Shown: one piece after another, positions 1-9,061 of the stretch
How the letters are laid out: the number at the start of each line of letters is the position of its first letter
Position numbering within the stretch: position 1 is the stretch's first letter
Assembly (NCBI GenBank): GCA_002706205.1
Contig: PAKC01000068.1
Coordinates: forward strand, 21,259 to 85,258
Reading direction: 5' to 3'
Origin: Halobacteriovoraceae bacterium
GTDB taxonomy: Bacteria > Bdellovibrionota > Bacteriovoracia > Bacteriovoracales > Bacteriovoracaceae
DNA length: 64,000 nt
Notes under the pieces: model-generated
The model's input: only the letters and a program-made list of their open reading frames with translations
What the model was told of the DNA's origin: nothing
Databases searched by the model: none
Made by a program: the position numbers and the translations under genes

Positions 1-202
1 CATATCGACTACTGACTTTAAAACCAGGATTTCTGTGGGGATAAAAAAGTTTTACGGCCCTTACTTTGTTTGTATGGGACTCTACAACCTTGTAAACCTC
101 TCCCTCATAGCCAGCCCCCAAAAGTTCAACAATACTAAAACGGTTGGCCAAAATCTTTCCAGGAACGAGCTTAAACTCACTTATAGTCGTATTCTTAGAC
201 AA
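1..202 (-). CDS. Ser/Thr protein kinase, N-terminal fragment (gene continues past the left edge)
   Basis: Not in the ORF track. My minus-strand translation starts at TTG 200-202, with GAGGAG 6 nt upstream and an in-frame TAG at 224-226. It reads MSKNTTISEFKLVPGKILANRFSIVELLGAGYEGEVYKVVESHTNKVRAVKLF..., which shows a GxGxxGxV glycine loop followed by the AxK lysine of Hanks-type kinases. Confidence 0.55.
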   Translation of the reverse strand, partial: MSKNTTISEFKLVPGKILANRFSIVELLGAGYEGEVYKVVESHTNKVRAVKLFYPHRNPGFKVSSRY

Positions 203-295
203 AAATGACTCCTCTTTATTTTTCTAGATACTATCATTTTTTCCAATACATCAACAAGCTTGAAATCTCAAGAAAAACACTGTAATTAACTTGCT

Positions 296-1435
296 ATGAT
301 AACTCGTTTTCTTATTCTTATGCTGTTTCCTTGGCAAGCTCAAGCAAACGACTTATATTTAAACTTCGCTAGTTCAACTCAATTACCAAAAAGTTTAATT
401 AAATCTGACACTTACAATTTTGTTAAACAAGAAGAATTAACTTTTTTAAAACTAAGCTCGCAAAAAGAATTACAAAGTTTTCTTAAACAAGTTCGTTTTC
501 CTAAAAAATACTGCGGGGGATTTGTTGTCTCTAAGTCTGCCCTAAGCTTAAAAAAGAAAAAAAGTTCTAACATCTATGACTATACAATATCACGTCCTCA
601 ACTTACAAAAAGACTTCTTAAAAGTGTAAATGAACAAAGTCTTTATCAATTTATCAAAAAGTTTAGTAGCTACCACACAAGATATTATACAGCTCAAACA
701 GGAATAAAAGCTTTGAAAGACTTAGCACAACACTGGCAAAATATTATTAGTATAAGATCAGATGCAAATATAAAATTTTTTAAACATCCCGACTGGCCCC
801 AGCCAAGCGTTATCTTAACTTTCAAAGGAAAGTCATCTCAAAAAATAATTACGGGAGGGCATGCAGACTCCATCAATACAGATGACGAAGGCAAACATTC
901 CCTTGCTCCCGGTGCCGATGATAATGCTTCCGGAATTTCCGTTATAACTGAGATCATTCGTGTTTTGGTTAATCATAATTATAAACCCAAAAATACATTA
1001 GTTTTTATGGCCTATGCTGCAGAAGAAGTAGGGTTACAAGGCTCGATGGAAATTGCAAAAACATACTATGAAAACAAAGAAGACGTCTTAGGCGTGATTC
1101 AATTTGATGGCACTAACTTTAATGGAAGCGATATTAAATTTGCCCTCATCAATGATAATACAAATGCTGATCAAAACAAGTTTATTGGCAACCTTATTGA
1201 TGAGTATCTCAACGTTGCCTGGGGCTATGATCAGTGCCAATACGCCTGCTCGGATCATTATTCATGGGATTATTATGGATTTAAAGCATCATTTCCAGCA
1301 GAAGCTAGAATAGCACAAGAAAACCCACGAATTCACACAGAAGAAGACACCTTAAAGGTCTCTAATTATACTGCTGACCATGCAGTTCATTTTGCTAAAC
1401 TAGGTCTTGCCTATATTATTGAGCTAGATAAATAA
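296..1435 (+). CDS. secreted M28-family aminopeptidase (bacterial leucyl aminopeptidase type)
   Basis: N-terminal signal peptide MITRFLILMLFPWQAQA. M28 zinc-ligand blocks HADSINTDDEGKHSLAPGADDNASG and AAEEVGLQGS. Confidence 0.8.
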   Translation: MITRFLILMLFPWQAQANDLYLNFASSTQLPKSLIKSDTYNFVKQEELTFLKLSSQKELQSFLKQVRFPKKYCGGFVVSKSALSLKKKKSSNIYDYTISRPQLTKRLLKSVNEQSLYQFIKKFSSYHTRYYTAQTGIKALKDLAQHWQNIISIRSDANIKFFKHPDWPQPSVILTFKGKSSQKIITGGHADSINTDDEGKHSLAPGADDNASGISVITEIIRVLVNHNYKPKNTLVFMAYAAEEVGLQGSMEIAKTYYENKEDVLGVIQFDGTNFNGSDIKFALINDNTNADQNKFIGNLIDEYLNVAWGYDQCQYACSDHYSWDYYGFKASFPAEARIAQENPRIHTEEDTLKVSNYTADHAVHFAKLGLAYIIELDK

Positions 1436-1507
1436 AGTAATAAATATTACTAACTGACCAGCTAAATTGATAATAGAAAAAGGTTGAGCTCACTACATGA
1501 AAGAATG

Positions 1508-1536
1508 TTGGAACCTACCAAAAAAAATGTTATAGT
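1508..1536 (+). promoter_or_regulatory. candidate sigma70-type promoter for the 1578-3872 operon
   Basis: TTGGAA (1508-1513), a 17-nt spacer, then TATAGT (1531-1536). It lies about 40 nt upstream of the GGAGG RBS and ATG at 1578. Confidence 0.35.
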
Positions 1537-1577
1537 CTAAAGACAATATGAATTAAAATGCATGGAGGCATTTTTTT

Positions 1578-2675
1578 ATGAGCCAAAAAGAACAAGATGT
1601 TGTCATTCAGCCTAATATCAATCAAGACATAAACCCCGAATCATTTCCCGAGTTTTATAAACCACTATCCCGAATTTCTACAGATATTGACTTTGATAAA
1701 GAAGGTAAACAAGTCAGTTTTATTCGTGTTCCTCACTCTCGTAACGATTCTGCTTGGGGCTCCATCTTCATTCCTATTGTTGTTTATAAAAATGGATCAG
1801 GACCAACAATTTTACTTACTGGAGGTATTCATGGTGACGAATACGAAGGTCCTATTGCCTTAAACTTACTTACTCGAACTTTAAAACCTGAGCAAATTCA
1901 GGGTCGAGTTATTATTTTACCCGCTGTTAACTTACCAGCAATTATGAATGACTCAAGACTCTCTCCAATTGATAATTTAGATCTTAACCGTTCTTTCCCT
2001 GGAGATAGAGAAGGAAGCCCTACTTTGGCCATCGCTCATTATTTAGACAAAGTTTTACTTCCACTGACAGATATCGTTATTGATCTTCACTCTGGAGGAA
2101 AATCTTTAGACTTTGTTCCTAGTATAGCTATGCATAAACTAAGTGATAGAAAGCAACATAACGCCACTTTTGAGGCTCTTATGGCCTTTGGAGCACCCTA
2201 TGGTTTCATTCATTCCGAAGTTGATGGAGATGGGACATTTGATACAACAGCTGAAAATAAAGGTGATGTTTTTCTTTTCTCAGAACTTAGAGGAGGTGGC
2301 CGAGTTTCAATCGAAGGGGTTCAAGTGGCCAGAAATGGATTAAGAAATATACTAGAACATTTTGAAATTGCCTGCTTCCCTAAATTAAAAGCCCCACATT
2401 GGAATGCAAAAAAGACTCAGATGATACTCGATACATCTCACTCGGACTGCTATGTTAGAGCTCTAACTGAAGGTATTTATGAACCTTTTTTTGAACTTGG
2501 TCAACATGTCAAAAAAGGCAAATCAATAGGAAGAATTCACTTTATACAAAACTTAAAAAGAAAACCTGTCACTATTCAGGCTCAACACTCTGGTATTATT
2601 GTTGCCAAAAGGGCTTTAGGATGGGTCTCTCCAGGAGATTGTTTAGCAGTAATTGGAAATGAAATAAAAGGATAG
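1578..2675 (+). CDS. AstE/AspA-family zinc deacylase (succinylglutamate desuccinylase/aspartoacylase fold; DoeB/EutE-like)
   Basis: GGIHGDEYEG, DLNRSFPG and DLHSGG zinc/catalytic blocks. The N-terminal block SRNDSAWGS..IPI..YKNGSGPT is typical of the N-acetyl-diaminobutyrate deacetylase-like subgroup. GGAGG RBS 9 nt upstream. Confidence 0.75.
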   Translation: MSQKEQDVVIQPNINQDINPESFPEFYKPLSRISTDIDFDKEGKQVSFIRVPHSRNDSAWGSIFIPIVVYKNGSGPTILLTGGIHGDEYEGPIALNLLTRTLKPEQIQGRVIILPAVNLPAIMNDSRLSPIDNLDLNRSFPGDREGSPTLAIAHYLDKVLLPLTDIVIDLHSGGKSLDFVPSIAMHKLSDRKQHNATFEALMAFGAPYGFIHSEVDGDGTFDTTAENKGDVFLFSELRGGGRVSIEGVQVARNGLRNILEHFEIACFPKLKAPHWNAKKTQMILDTSHSDCYVRALTEGIYEPFFELGQHVKKGKSIGRIHFIQNLKRKPVTIQAQHSGIIVAKRALGWVSPGDCLAVIGNEIKG

Positions 2676-2678
2676 AAA

Positions 2679-3872
2679 ATGAGCAAAAAAGTAGATTGGA
2701 CAAAAGTAAGTGAAGGAACAAAAGCAATTTGGTCAGGTGAATTAGACTGTTTCCAAGATCATGCCTCTCAAATGCCTGTCGTCCTCTCGGTCGCCTATGG
2801 CTATGAAGACCTCGATGAATGGTATGATGTTGCTTTAGGAAAAAAGAAAGGACATATATACTCAAGAAATACTAATCCGACCACTGAACTTTTTGAAGAA
2901 AAAATGCGAATTATTGAAAATGCTGAAGCTTCGACAAGTTTTTCTACAGGAATGGCCGCTATAAGCAATACTCTCTTCGCTTTGCTAAAACCTGAAGATC
3001 GAGTTGTTTCAATTAAAGACTCCTACGGTGGTACAAGTAAAATATTTTTAGACTTCTTACCTAAAAATAAAGTAAATGTCGTTCTTTGTGAAACTGGAAA
3101 CCATGAAGAAATGGAAGCTGAGATCGCCAAAGGTTGTAAGTTGGTTTATTTAGAAACCCCAACAAACCCTACACTTAAGATTATCGATATACAAAGAATA
3201 GTTAAAGCTGCTAAGAAAGTTGGAGCAATAGTGGTCGTTGATAATACTTTTTCTACTCCTATTAATCAAAAGCCTCTAGATTTAGGTGCTGATATTTCTC
3301 TTCACAGTGCGACTAAATTTCTTGGAGGACACTCCGATGCTACAGCTGGTATTGTCTGTGGAAGTAAAGAATTAGTTCAAAAGATATTTCATTATCGCGA
3401 AATTACTGGGGCCACAATTCACCCTTTAACCTCTTACTTGCTTGTAAGAAGCTTAAAAACATTAGAACTTAGAATTCAACGTCATAATGAAAATGCACTT
3501 GAGCTTGCCAAATACTTGGATAACCACGAAAAAATTGAGCATGTCTTTTACCCTGGACTTGAGTCTCATCCTGGTCATGCCATTGCAAAAAAGCAAATGA
3601 AGGGTTTTGGAGGAGTTCTCAGCTTTACTCTAAAAGGTGATTATAACACAGTAAAAAAATTCTTACCTAAACTCAACTTTGCCCATATGGCCGCTAGTTT
3701 AGGCGCCGTTGGAACCTTAGCAGGCCCTCCAAAAACAACATCTCATGTTGAGCTTACAGAAGAACAAAGAGCACAGCTTGGAATCCCTGAATCTCTCATT
3801 AGATATTCAGTCGGTATTGAAAATATTAACGACCTGATAGCTGACTTTGAGCAAGCTTTATCGCAAATTTAA
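2679..3872 (+). CDS. PLP-dependent Cys/Met-metabolism (gamma-family) enzyme, cystathionine gamma-synthase/lyase-like
   Basis: PLP-lysine block SATKFLGGHSD, VVVDNTFSTP, and about 400 aa as is typical of the family. The start is 4 nt after the preceding stop, so it is an operon partner. Confidence 0.8.
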   Translation: MSKKVDWTKVSEGTKAIWSGELDCFQDHASQMPVVLSVAYGYEDLDEWYDVALGKKKGHIYSRNTNPTTELFEEKMRIIENAEASTSFSTGMAAISNTLFALLKPEDRVVSIKDSYGGTSKIFLDFLPKNKVNVVLCETGNHEEMEAEIAKGCKLVYLETPTNPTLKIIDIQRIVKAAKKVGAIVVVDNTFSTPINQKPLDLGADISLHSATKFLGGHSDATAGIVCGSKELVQKIFHYREITGATIHPLTSYLLVRSLKTLELRIQRHNENALELAKYLDNHEKIEHVFYPGLESHPGHAIAKKQMKGFGGVLSFTLKGDYNTVKKFLPKLNFAHMAASLGAVGTLAGPPKTTSHVELTEEQRAQLGIPESLIRYSVGIENINDLIADFEQALSQI

Positions 3873-5053
3873 TTTTTATAAAATACTTTTCTCGCCGGCA
3901 GGTCAAAAAAACTTTTGGCCCCTGTCGGTGTGATTTGAACTGTTTCTGAAATCCCCATAATCATCTGCTGCTTTGGCATCATAAAAAAGGGAATTAAGTG
4001 AATGGTCATATTTTCTTCAAAAACTTGTTTATTAGTAGGATTTAAACTTAACAAATGCCCCTCATCCCAAGCCGGTGCAAAAGAAATTCCAATCGAATAA
4101 CCAGATCGACCCGTTTGCCAAGCTCCACAAGAACTCTTTGAAATAATATCAATATTTTTTTGGGCCACATCTCCTACACAAACACCTGGTTTCATCTTAT
4201 CCATAGACTCACTTAAAGCTTCTAGCACAATACTTTCAGCCTCTTTAAGCTCAGATGTTTCCTTGCCCATAAAAATGGTTCTCATCATAGCTGTGTGATA
4301 ACGCTTTTGGCAGCCAGCAAGTTCCAAAAAAACACAATCATCTTTTTGAATAGTTCGCCCCTCCCAAGTTGCGTGCCCAATATTTGTTCGCTCCCCTGTA
4401 ACGATATAGGGAGGAACACAGGGATATTCTCCTCCACTTCTATACATCGCCTCATGAATAGCCGCTGCAATATCATTTTCAGTTTTTCCCACCTGCGCAG
4501 CTTCATAACCTGCCAACATTGCTTTTTCAGTAATACCAGCTACATTTTTCATTAAGGCTATTTCTTCGCTCGATTTAATTAATCTTGCTCTATCTAAAAA
4601 ACGACTTATATTACTCCATTGAGTAGATTTAAACTCTTGCCTAAAACTTTCAATCGTTTTTTGTCTTAGGAAAAAACTATCTAACTCAAACCCAATATGA
4701 GCGGTTTGGGAGTACCCAAGATTTTTAATTATTTCAATCGCCGTTTTGACTGGGTCTTCAGTATCAAGATAACTAAAAGTTTCTTCAACCCATGTTCTCG
4801 TTTTAAAATTAGACTCTTCTAAAACTCTAGAAATAGAAAAACATTTCCCTTCTAAGGGAACACCCACAAGCTGAAAAGAATCATAGCCTGAAGTTTGATG
4901 TCCGGTTAAATAAGTTAAATTCTCCTGATCAGTTATAAGGGCCAGACTAATATTGGCTTTGGCCATTTCTTCTCTTAAAATAGCTAAACGTCTTTTATAT
5001 TCATCCAATGAAAAAACTAACCCTTTATGATTGCGCATATAACTCCTTAACAA
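3869..5053 (-). CDS. M24-family hydrolase with creatinase-type N-domain (Xaa-Pro peptidase / ectoine hydrolase DoeA-like)
   Basis: N-domain FSLDEYKRRLAILREEMAKANISLALITDQENLTYLTG. Pita-bread region ELAGCQKRYHTAMMRT and GYSIGISFAPAWDEG. Confidence 0.7.
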   Translation of the reverse strand: MLRSYMRNHKGLVFSLDEYKRRLAILREEMAKANISLALITDQENLTYLTGHQTSGYDSFQLVGVPLEGKCFSISRVLEESNFKTRTWVEETFSYLDTEDPVKTAIEIIKNLGYSQTAHIGFELDSFFLRQKTIESFRQEFKSTQWSNISRFLDRARLIKSSEEIALMKNVAGITEKAMLAGYEAAQVGKTENDIAAAIHEAMYRSGGEYPCVPPYIVTGERTNIGHATWEGRTIQKDDCVFLELAGCQKRYHTAMMRTIFMGKETSELKEAESIVLEALSESMDKMKPGVCVGDVAQKNIDIISKSSCGAWQTGRSGYSIGISFAPAWDEGHLLSLNPTNKQVFEENMTIHLIPFFMMPKQQMIMGISETVQITPTGAKSFFDLPARKVFYKN

Positions 5054-5127
5054 ATAGACCTGTTCTTATTATAAAAGTGAAAAATACACTAAGTCTAGAT
5101 GGAGGAATATGCTCTCGTAATGGCCTA

Positions 5128-6153
5128 TCAAATGTTAGATTGAAACTCCTTATTTCCAGGAATATCGACAGGGTCAGGACTGTCCATATTAATCCCCAAA
5201 TGGAGTACTCGAGTCCCAGCAGAACAATTTGGACGCATATTTTTTCCAATAACAACGCCTGATTTATCAGCGACAATTTCCTCTCTCACGTTGCCAAAGA
5301 CATCATAGACTTTTGCAATGACTTCACCTTTGTTAACTTGATCCGCTAATTTAGGAAAAACATCTATTATTCCTCCTTTCTTAGAATAAATCCAATAAGA
5401 GTGATCACATAAAACAGCATCAGTAACCATGTCTTGAACTTTACCCTTTAGCATTTTATAAAAGCGCATTGTGTTAATGATCCCCTCTAAGGTTTCATCA
5501 ATAAGACCATGTTGAAAAGCATTAGGGTTTCCTATTTCAATGGTAATTGCTGGTATTCCATTTTCATTGGCCCAAGCACGCAAGGTTCCTTTTTCATCAA
5601 ACTTTTGAACTATAATTTGAGGGTTTTGTAAAAAAGCTAACGTTCTAGTCTGTTCATTTTCAATATCTGCACGTATATAAAGACTATTCACTCTACCTTG
5701 ACTTGCCGTATGAAGATCTAATAGAAAATCAAATTTTTTTATAATTTTCTCTATAAAATAATGAGCATAAATTCGACTTGCTGCTCCTGAACTCTCCCCC
5801 GGCATAATACGGTTTAAGTCAATATTATCGCTAAAGGCCCTTTGATTCATTAAGTAGCCAGGAACATTGGCTATCGGCACCAAGACAAGATTTCCGGCCA
5901 ACTCATTAGGGTCAATAATATCAACGAGCTTAAAGATAGTCGAAATTCCATTTAACTCATCTCCATGAAGGGCTGCAGTAACACCCAAAGTAGGACCTTT
6001 TTTAACCCCTCTCACAACGATCACAGGAACTCTCCAAGGAACGCCTAAAGAATTATCTGAAATATGCAAATGAACCTTATGAATTTCACCCTTTTTTAAG
6101 GACGAAAGTCTTAACTCTTCTTTTGTTTTTATAACGAGAACTTTTTTTTCCAT
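5128..6153 (-). CDS. AstE/AspA-family zinc deacylase (second paralog)
   Basis: AALHGDELNG, DLNRIMPG and DLHTAS blocks. The start is 9 nt downstream of the stop of the ATP-grasp-like gene. Confidence 0.75.
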   Translation of the reverse strand: MEKKVLVIKTKEELRLSSLKKGEIHKVHLHISDNSLGVPWRVPVIVVRGVKKGPTLGVTAALHGDELNGISTIFKLVDIIDPNELAGNLVLVPIANVPGYLMNQRAFSDNIDLNRIMPGESSGAASRIYAHYFIEKIIKKFDFLLDLHTASQGRVNSLYIRADIENEQTRTLAFLQNPQIIVQKFDEKGTLRAWANENGIPAITIEIGNPNAFQHGLIDETLEGIINTMRFYKMLKGKVQDMVTDAVLCDHSYWIYSKKGGIIDVFPKLADQVNKGEVIAKVYDVFGNVREEIVADKSGVVIGKNMRPNCSAGTRVLHLGINMDSPDPVDIPGNKEFQSNI

Positions 6154-6161
6154 TTTTTTTC

Positions 6162-7592
6162 CTAAAGTAAAATTTCTTTTAATAAAGAAGCATCATTATC
6201 TAACGACTTAAATAATTTAAATCGAAATTGCCCTTTTTGATTAGTTAAAGTTTGGGCCATCTTATCAATGGCCACAATGGATAAAACTGTTTGAATATAG
6301 GCTTCAATCAAATCATCCATTCCTATTCCTAGAGAATTGAAGTCTTTTCTATCCATCAACATAAGCCTAGATGTATCAGAACTCCATTCATTTTCGTTTA
6401 ACTTAACCGATAAATTTGTTCCTAAAACTTCCCAACTGTTTTTTGGAGCTTCAGCACTTAAAGGAGATTTTGCCCTTCTGGCATAAATCGCACAGGGATA
6501 AAATCCTTTAGGTGAAGAATAAACCATGACCCTTAAGTCCGCTATAAAAATATTATCGCGTTTGTTAGGGATGGTTCCAATATGAAAGTACCTTTTTCCA
6601 TATTGATTAGTTGAGCTCCACTCATAATGTCCTATCAAACTTTGAACAATAAATTGATCATAGGCATAATCCCCTTGCATAAACTCATCAAGTTCTTCTT
6701 GAGAAGTGATCGTATAAACACCTTGGCCTGCATTTGAATAAGGATTTTTGACTACCGCTTTGCCCCCAAATTTTTGAACCCAAAGTGGAACCTCTACCTT
6801 TGAAACATCCTTTATCGTTTCCGGAGTATGAATATTAAGTCCACTTGCTACAATTTCTGAATTAAAAAGCTGATAGGCAGTATTGGCCAATAATTTATTT
6901 CTTCCCCCAGCTAAACACACAAGAGTTGAGTTATAAATAAATGTTTTAGTCCCTGTGGGGATTCTATTCCAAGGTTTTTGAGTAACATAGCGAAAAGCAG
7001 CTCTTATAGGAACTTCAGTGCCATCCTCAAGAGTTAAAATCATAACTCCTTTCTCAAACTTTACAAATTGTTTTTCATTATGAAAATGAGGGATCAGATA
7101 AACTTTCTCACCAGTTAGTTCTGCTATTGTTGCAGCATAACCAGATGTTTCCATATAGTTTTTATCATAAATAACGGCAAGGGCACCTTTTGGTAACCTT
7201 TTCTTTTTTAGTTGAGGGAGAAAAGAGTTTTCAATTAAGTATCGGTAACCTCGATACTCATCCGAGTCAGTTCGAGGAGGCATAGACTTTTGCCCAGAGG
7301 GACAAGAGTTTGTTTCCAAGACCACCATCGATCTATTCCCATTAGCAGTCGTCACATAAAAAAGATCAGCTCCGCCCCAAAAAAAATGCTTTGATTGAGA
7401 TTTTAAGATTTTTTTTAAGACATCGGTATCGACTTTAGGATTGAGATGACTATACCTTTTAATGATTCTTTCATGATCTAAATTAAAAAAATGGCTGACC
7501 ATGGCATGAAGCTGTGAATTTAAAGCTTTTGGATAAAAATGGTCTTCTGCCTCAAATTGCTCTTTTTCAAAAATTTCAACTTTTCTTTTCAT
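6162..7592 (-). CDS. ATP-grasp-like ligase of unknown specificity (RimK/TTL-type motif pattern)
   Basis: The blocks KAVVKNPYSNAGQGVYTI, FIVQSLIG, ADLRVMVYSSPKGFYPCAIYARRA and GTNLSV occur in the order expected for ATP-grasp phosphate-binding, hinge and DLR/TN-S elements. There is no close match in my memory. Confidence 0.45.
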   Translation of the reverse strand: MKRKVEIFEKEQFEAEDHFYPKALNSQLHAMVSHFFNLDHERIIKRYSHLNPKVDTDVLKKILKSQSKHFFWGGADLFYVTTANGNRSMVVLETNSCPSGQKSMPPRTDSDEYRGYRYLIENSFLPQLKKKRLPKGALAVIYDKNYMETSGYAATIAELTGEKVYLIPHFHNEKQFVKFEKGVMILTLEDGTEVPIRAAFRYVTQKPWNRIPTGTKTFIYNSTLVCLAGGRNKLLANTAYQLFNSEIVASGLNIHTPETIKDVSKVEVPLWVQKFGGKAVVKNPYSNAGQGVYTITSQEELDEFMQGDYAYDQFIVQSLIGHYEWSSTNQYGKRYFHIGTIPNKRDNIFIADLRVMVYSSPKGFYPCAIYARRAKSPLSAEAPKNSWEVLGTNLSVKLNENEWSSDTSRLMLMDRKDFNSLGIGMDDLIEAYIQTVLSIVAIDKMAQTLTNQKGQFRFKLFKSLDNDASLLKEILL

Positions 7593-7599
7593 ATAGAAC

Positions 7600-8469
7600 T
7601 CACTTTTTATTTGAATGAAAAAGTTTTAAACCAACTCCTTCATAACTATTTTTTACAATTCCCCAAACAAAAGTTTGCAACTCTTCTAATTCTCCCAAAA
7701 CAACAACATCATTATCTTTACACAATCTATTTTTTGCAACCTCTGGTACAATACTAAAGGCCATGCCTTCTTTCGTCACCATCTCAAATAGATTTATATC
7801 ATCTCCTTCACCAATTTGCTTGGGGCTTAAACCATTTTTTGTAAAGAAGAGCTCAATTTCATACTTCAACAAAGACTCTTTAGTATAATTCAAGAAAGGA
7901 ATTTCATTAAGAATGCCAGGGAAAGCAATATTTTTTCGTTTATATTTTTTATGGGCTATGGCAAATGTTTTATTTACTCCCACTCTATAGGAACTCAAGT
8001 GTGTCGACAAACCATCATTTGTATTAGTAAAAAGTATATCGATATTATCTTCTTCTAATTCTGCTAATAAAAGATGTCTCTCGCCTTCCTGAATATTGAC
8101 TTTAACGTTTTCTTGCGAAAATAAAGGCATAATCCAATCATAAAGAAAATAATGTGACAAAGAGTAGGTAATCCCAATATCTAAAGTCTTTTTAGGTCTC
8201 TTGAGATCATTTCTTAATTGCGAGGTCAACTCCTTTGATAAATCAAAAACTTGTTGCGCATACTTTAAGGCCAAAGCTCCTTCCTTAGTAAGTACAAGAG
8301 ATCGGTTTTTCCTTTCAAACAAAGGGCAATGAAAGTACTCTTCTAAAAGCTTAATCTGATCGCTAATTGTTGGTTGGGAGACATGAAGCTTATGAGCTGC
8401 CCCTTTGATTGAACCTTCCTTAGCTACAATATAGAAATAGTATAAGTGGTTGAAATTTAGCCTATCCAA
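7600..8469 (-). CDS. LysR-family transcriptional regulator (NhaR-like N-terminus)
   Basis: wHTH block NFNHLYYFYIVAKEGSIKGAAHKLHVSQPTISDQIKLLEEYF, followed by a substrate-binding domain of the usual length. Confidence 0.85.
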   Translation of the reverse strand: MDRLNFNHLYYFYIVAKEGSIKGAAHKLHVSQPTISDQIKLLEEYFHCPLFERKNRSLVLTKEGALALKYAQQVFDLSKELTSQLRNDLKRPKKTLDIGITYSLSHYFLYDWIMPLFSQENVKVNIQEGERHLLLAELEEDNIDILFTNTNDGLSTHLSSYRVGVNKTFAIAHKKYKRKNIAFPGILNEIPFLNYTKESLLKYEIELFFTKNGLSPKQIGEGDDINLFEMVTKEGMAFSIVPEVAKNRLCKDNDVVVLGELEELQTFVWGIVKNSYEGVGLKLFHSNKK

Positions 8470-8592
8470 ACAAAACTCCTTGATTAATACTTAGTTTTAA
8501 CCTAATTATTTCAAGAAATAAAACGATTTTACCTGAAAATAAATTTACAGGATAATTAAGAAACGTTCACCAACACAAGAGGAGTGTTTGCA

Positions 8593-8826
8593 ATGAAGTT
8601 TTTAATGATCCCTTTACTAAGTCTAGCTTTAATCCAACCAGCGCTAGCAGTAAAGCAAAAAAAGAAAGCATGTAAGTCTGGAAGAACTCTAATTAGCTGT
8701 GAAGGTATTGCTGGGGCCACCAGAGATGCTTTTTGCGCTAAAGCTAAAATAACGGAAAAGAAAAAAGAAAAAATTTGTAAATTAAAAAGAAAAACTAAAA
8801 AACAAAACAAAAAAGTGAGGTCATAA
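8593..8826 (+). CDS. small secreted, highly basic 4-Cys protein
   Basis: I prefer ATG 8593 (AAGAGGAG RBS upstream) to the GTG at 8584. Signal peptide MKFLMIPLLSLALIQPALA. In the 58-aa mature part, 22 residues are Lys/Arg and 4 are Cys. Confidence 0.55.
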   Translation: MKFLMIPLLSLALIQPALAVKQKKKACKSGRTLISCEGIAGATRDAFCAKAKITEKKKEKICKLKRKTKKQNKKVRS

Positions 8827-9026
8827 TGAAATCTTTTTTAAAAGCGCCTATTTATTTTCTTATTTTAAGTCTTCTTTGGACAGGAGTGAGTTATGCTCAA
8901 TCCGTAGAAGACACTTCTTCTGATGAAGAACTTAGTATGCCAGTTGAGTCTGACTCTATGCCTATGTCTGATAATGAGCTCGGCTCTGAAACTTTAGATG
9001 AATCAAGTTTCGAATCAGACGAATAG
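8826..9026 (+). CDS. small secreted, highly acidic Ser/Asp/Glu-rich protein
   Basis: TAATG stop/start overlap with the preceding ORF and a GAGG RBS. Signal peptide MKSFLKAPIYFLILSLLWTGVSYA. The 42-aa mature part has 15 Asp/Glu, 11 Ser and no Lys/Arg. A terminator follows. Confidence 0.5.
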   Translation: MKSFLKAPIYFLILSLLWTGVSYAQSVEDTSSDEELSMPVESDSMPMSDNELGSETLDESSFESDE

Positions 9027-9036
9027 ACTCACACCC

Positions 9037-9061
9037 AAGGGCCATTCATTTGGCCCTTTTT
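9037..9061 (+). terminator. rho-independent terminator after the small-protein pair
   Basis: Stem AAGGGCCA (9037-9044), loop TTCATT, stem TGGCCCTT (9051-9058) running into a T-run. Confidence 0.7.

Noticed and set aside
1104-5276. Short ORFs from the track nested in or antisense to the large genes of the first island (1104-1313, 2143-2343, 2596-2865, 4285-4506, 4295-4555, 5008-5262, 5025-5276).
   Set aside because: Each lies inside or across a CDS with strong family motifs. They have no RBS and translate to low-complexity, Leu/Phe/Ile/Ser/Lys-rich sequences typical of off-frame reading of AT-rich DNA.
8556-8810. An 84-aa minus-strand ORF covering the small basic protein gene.
   Set aside because: The plus-strand reading has an RBS, a canonical signal peptide, coupling to the next ORF and a terminator. 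The minus-strand reading has none of these.
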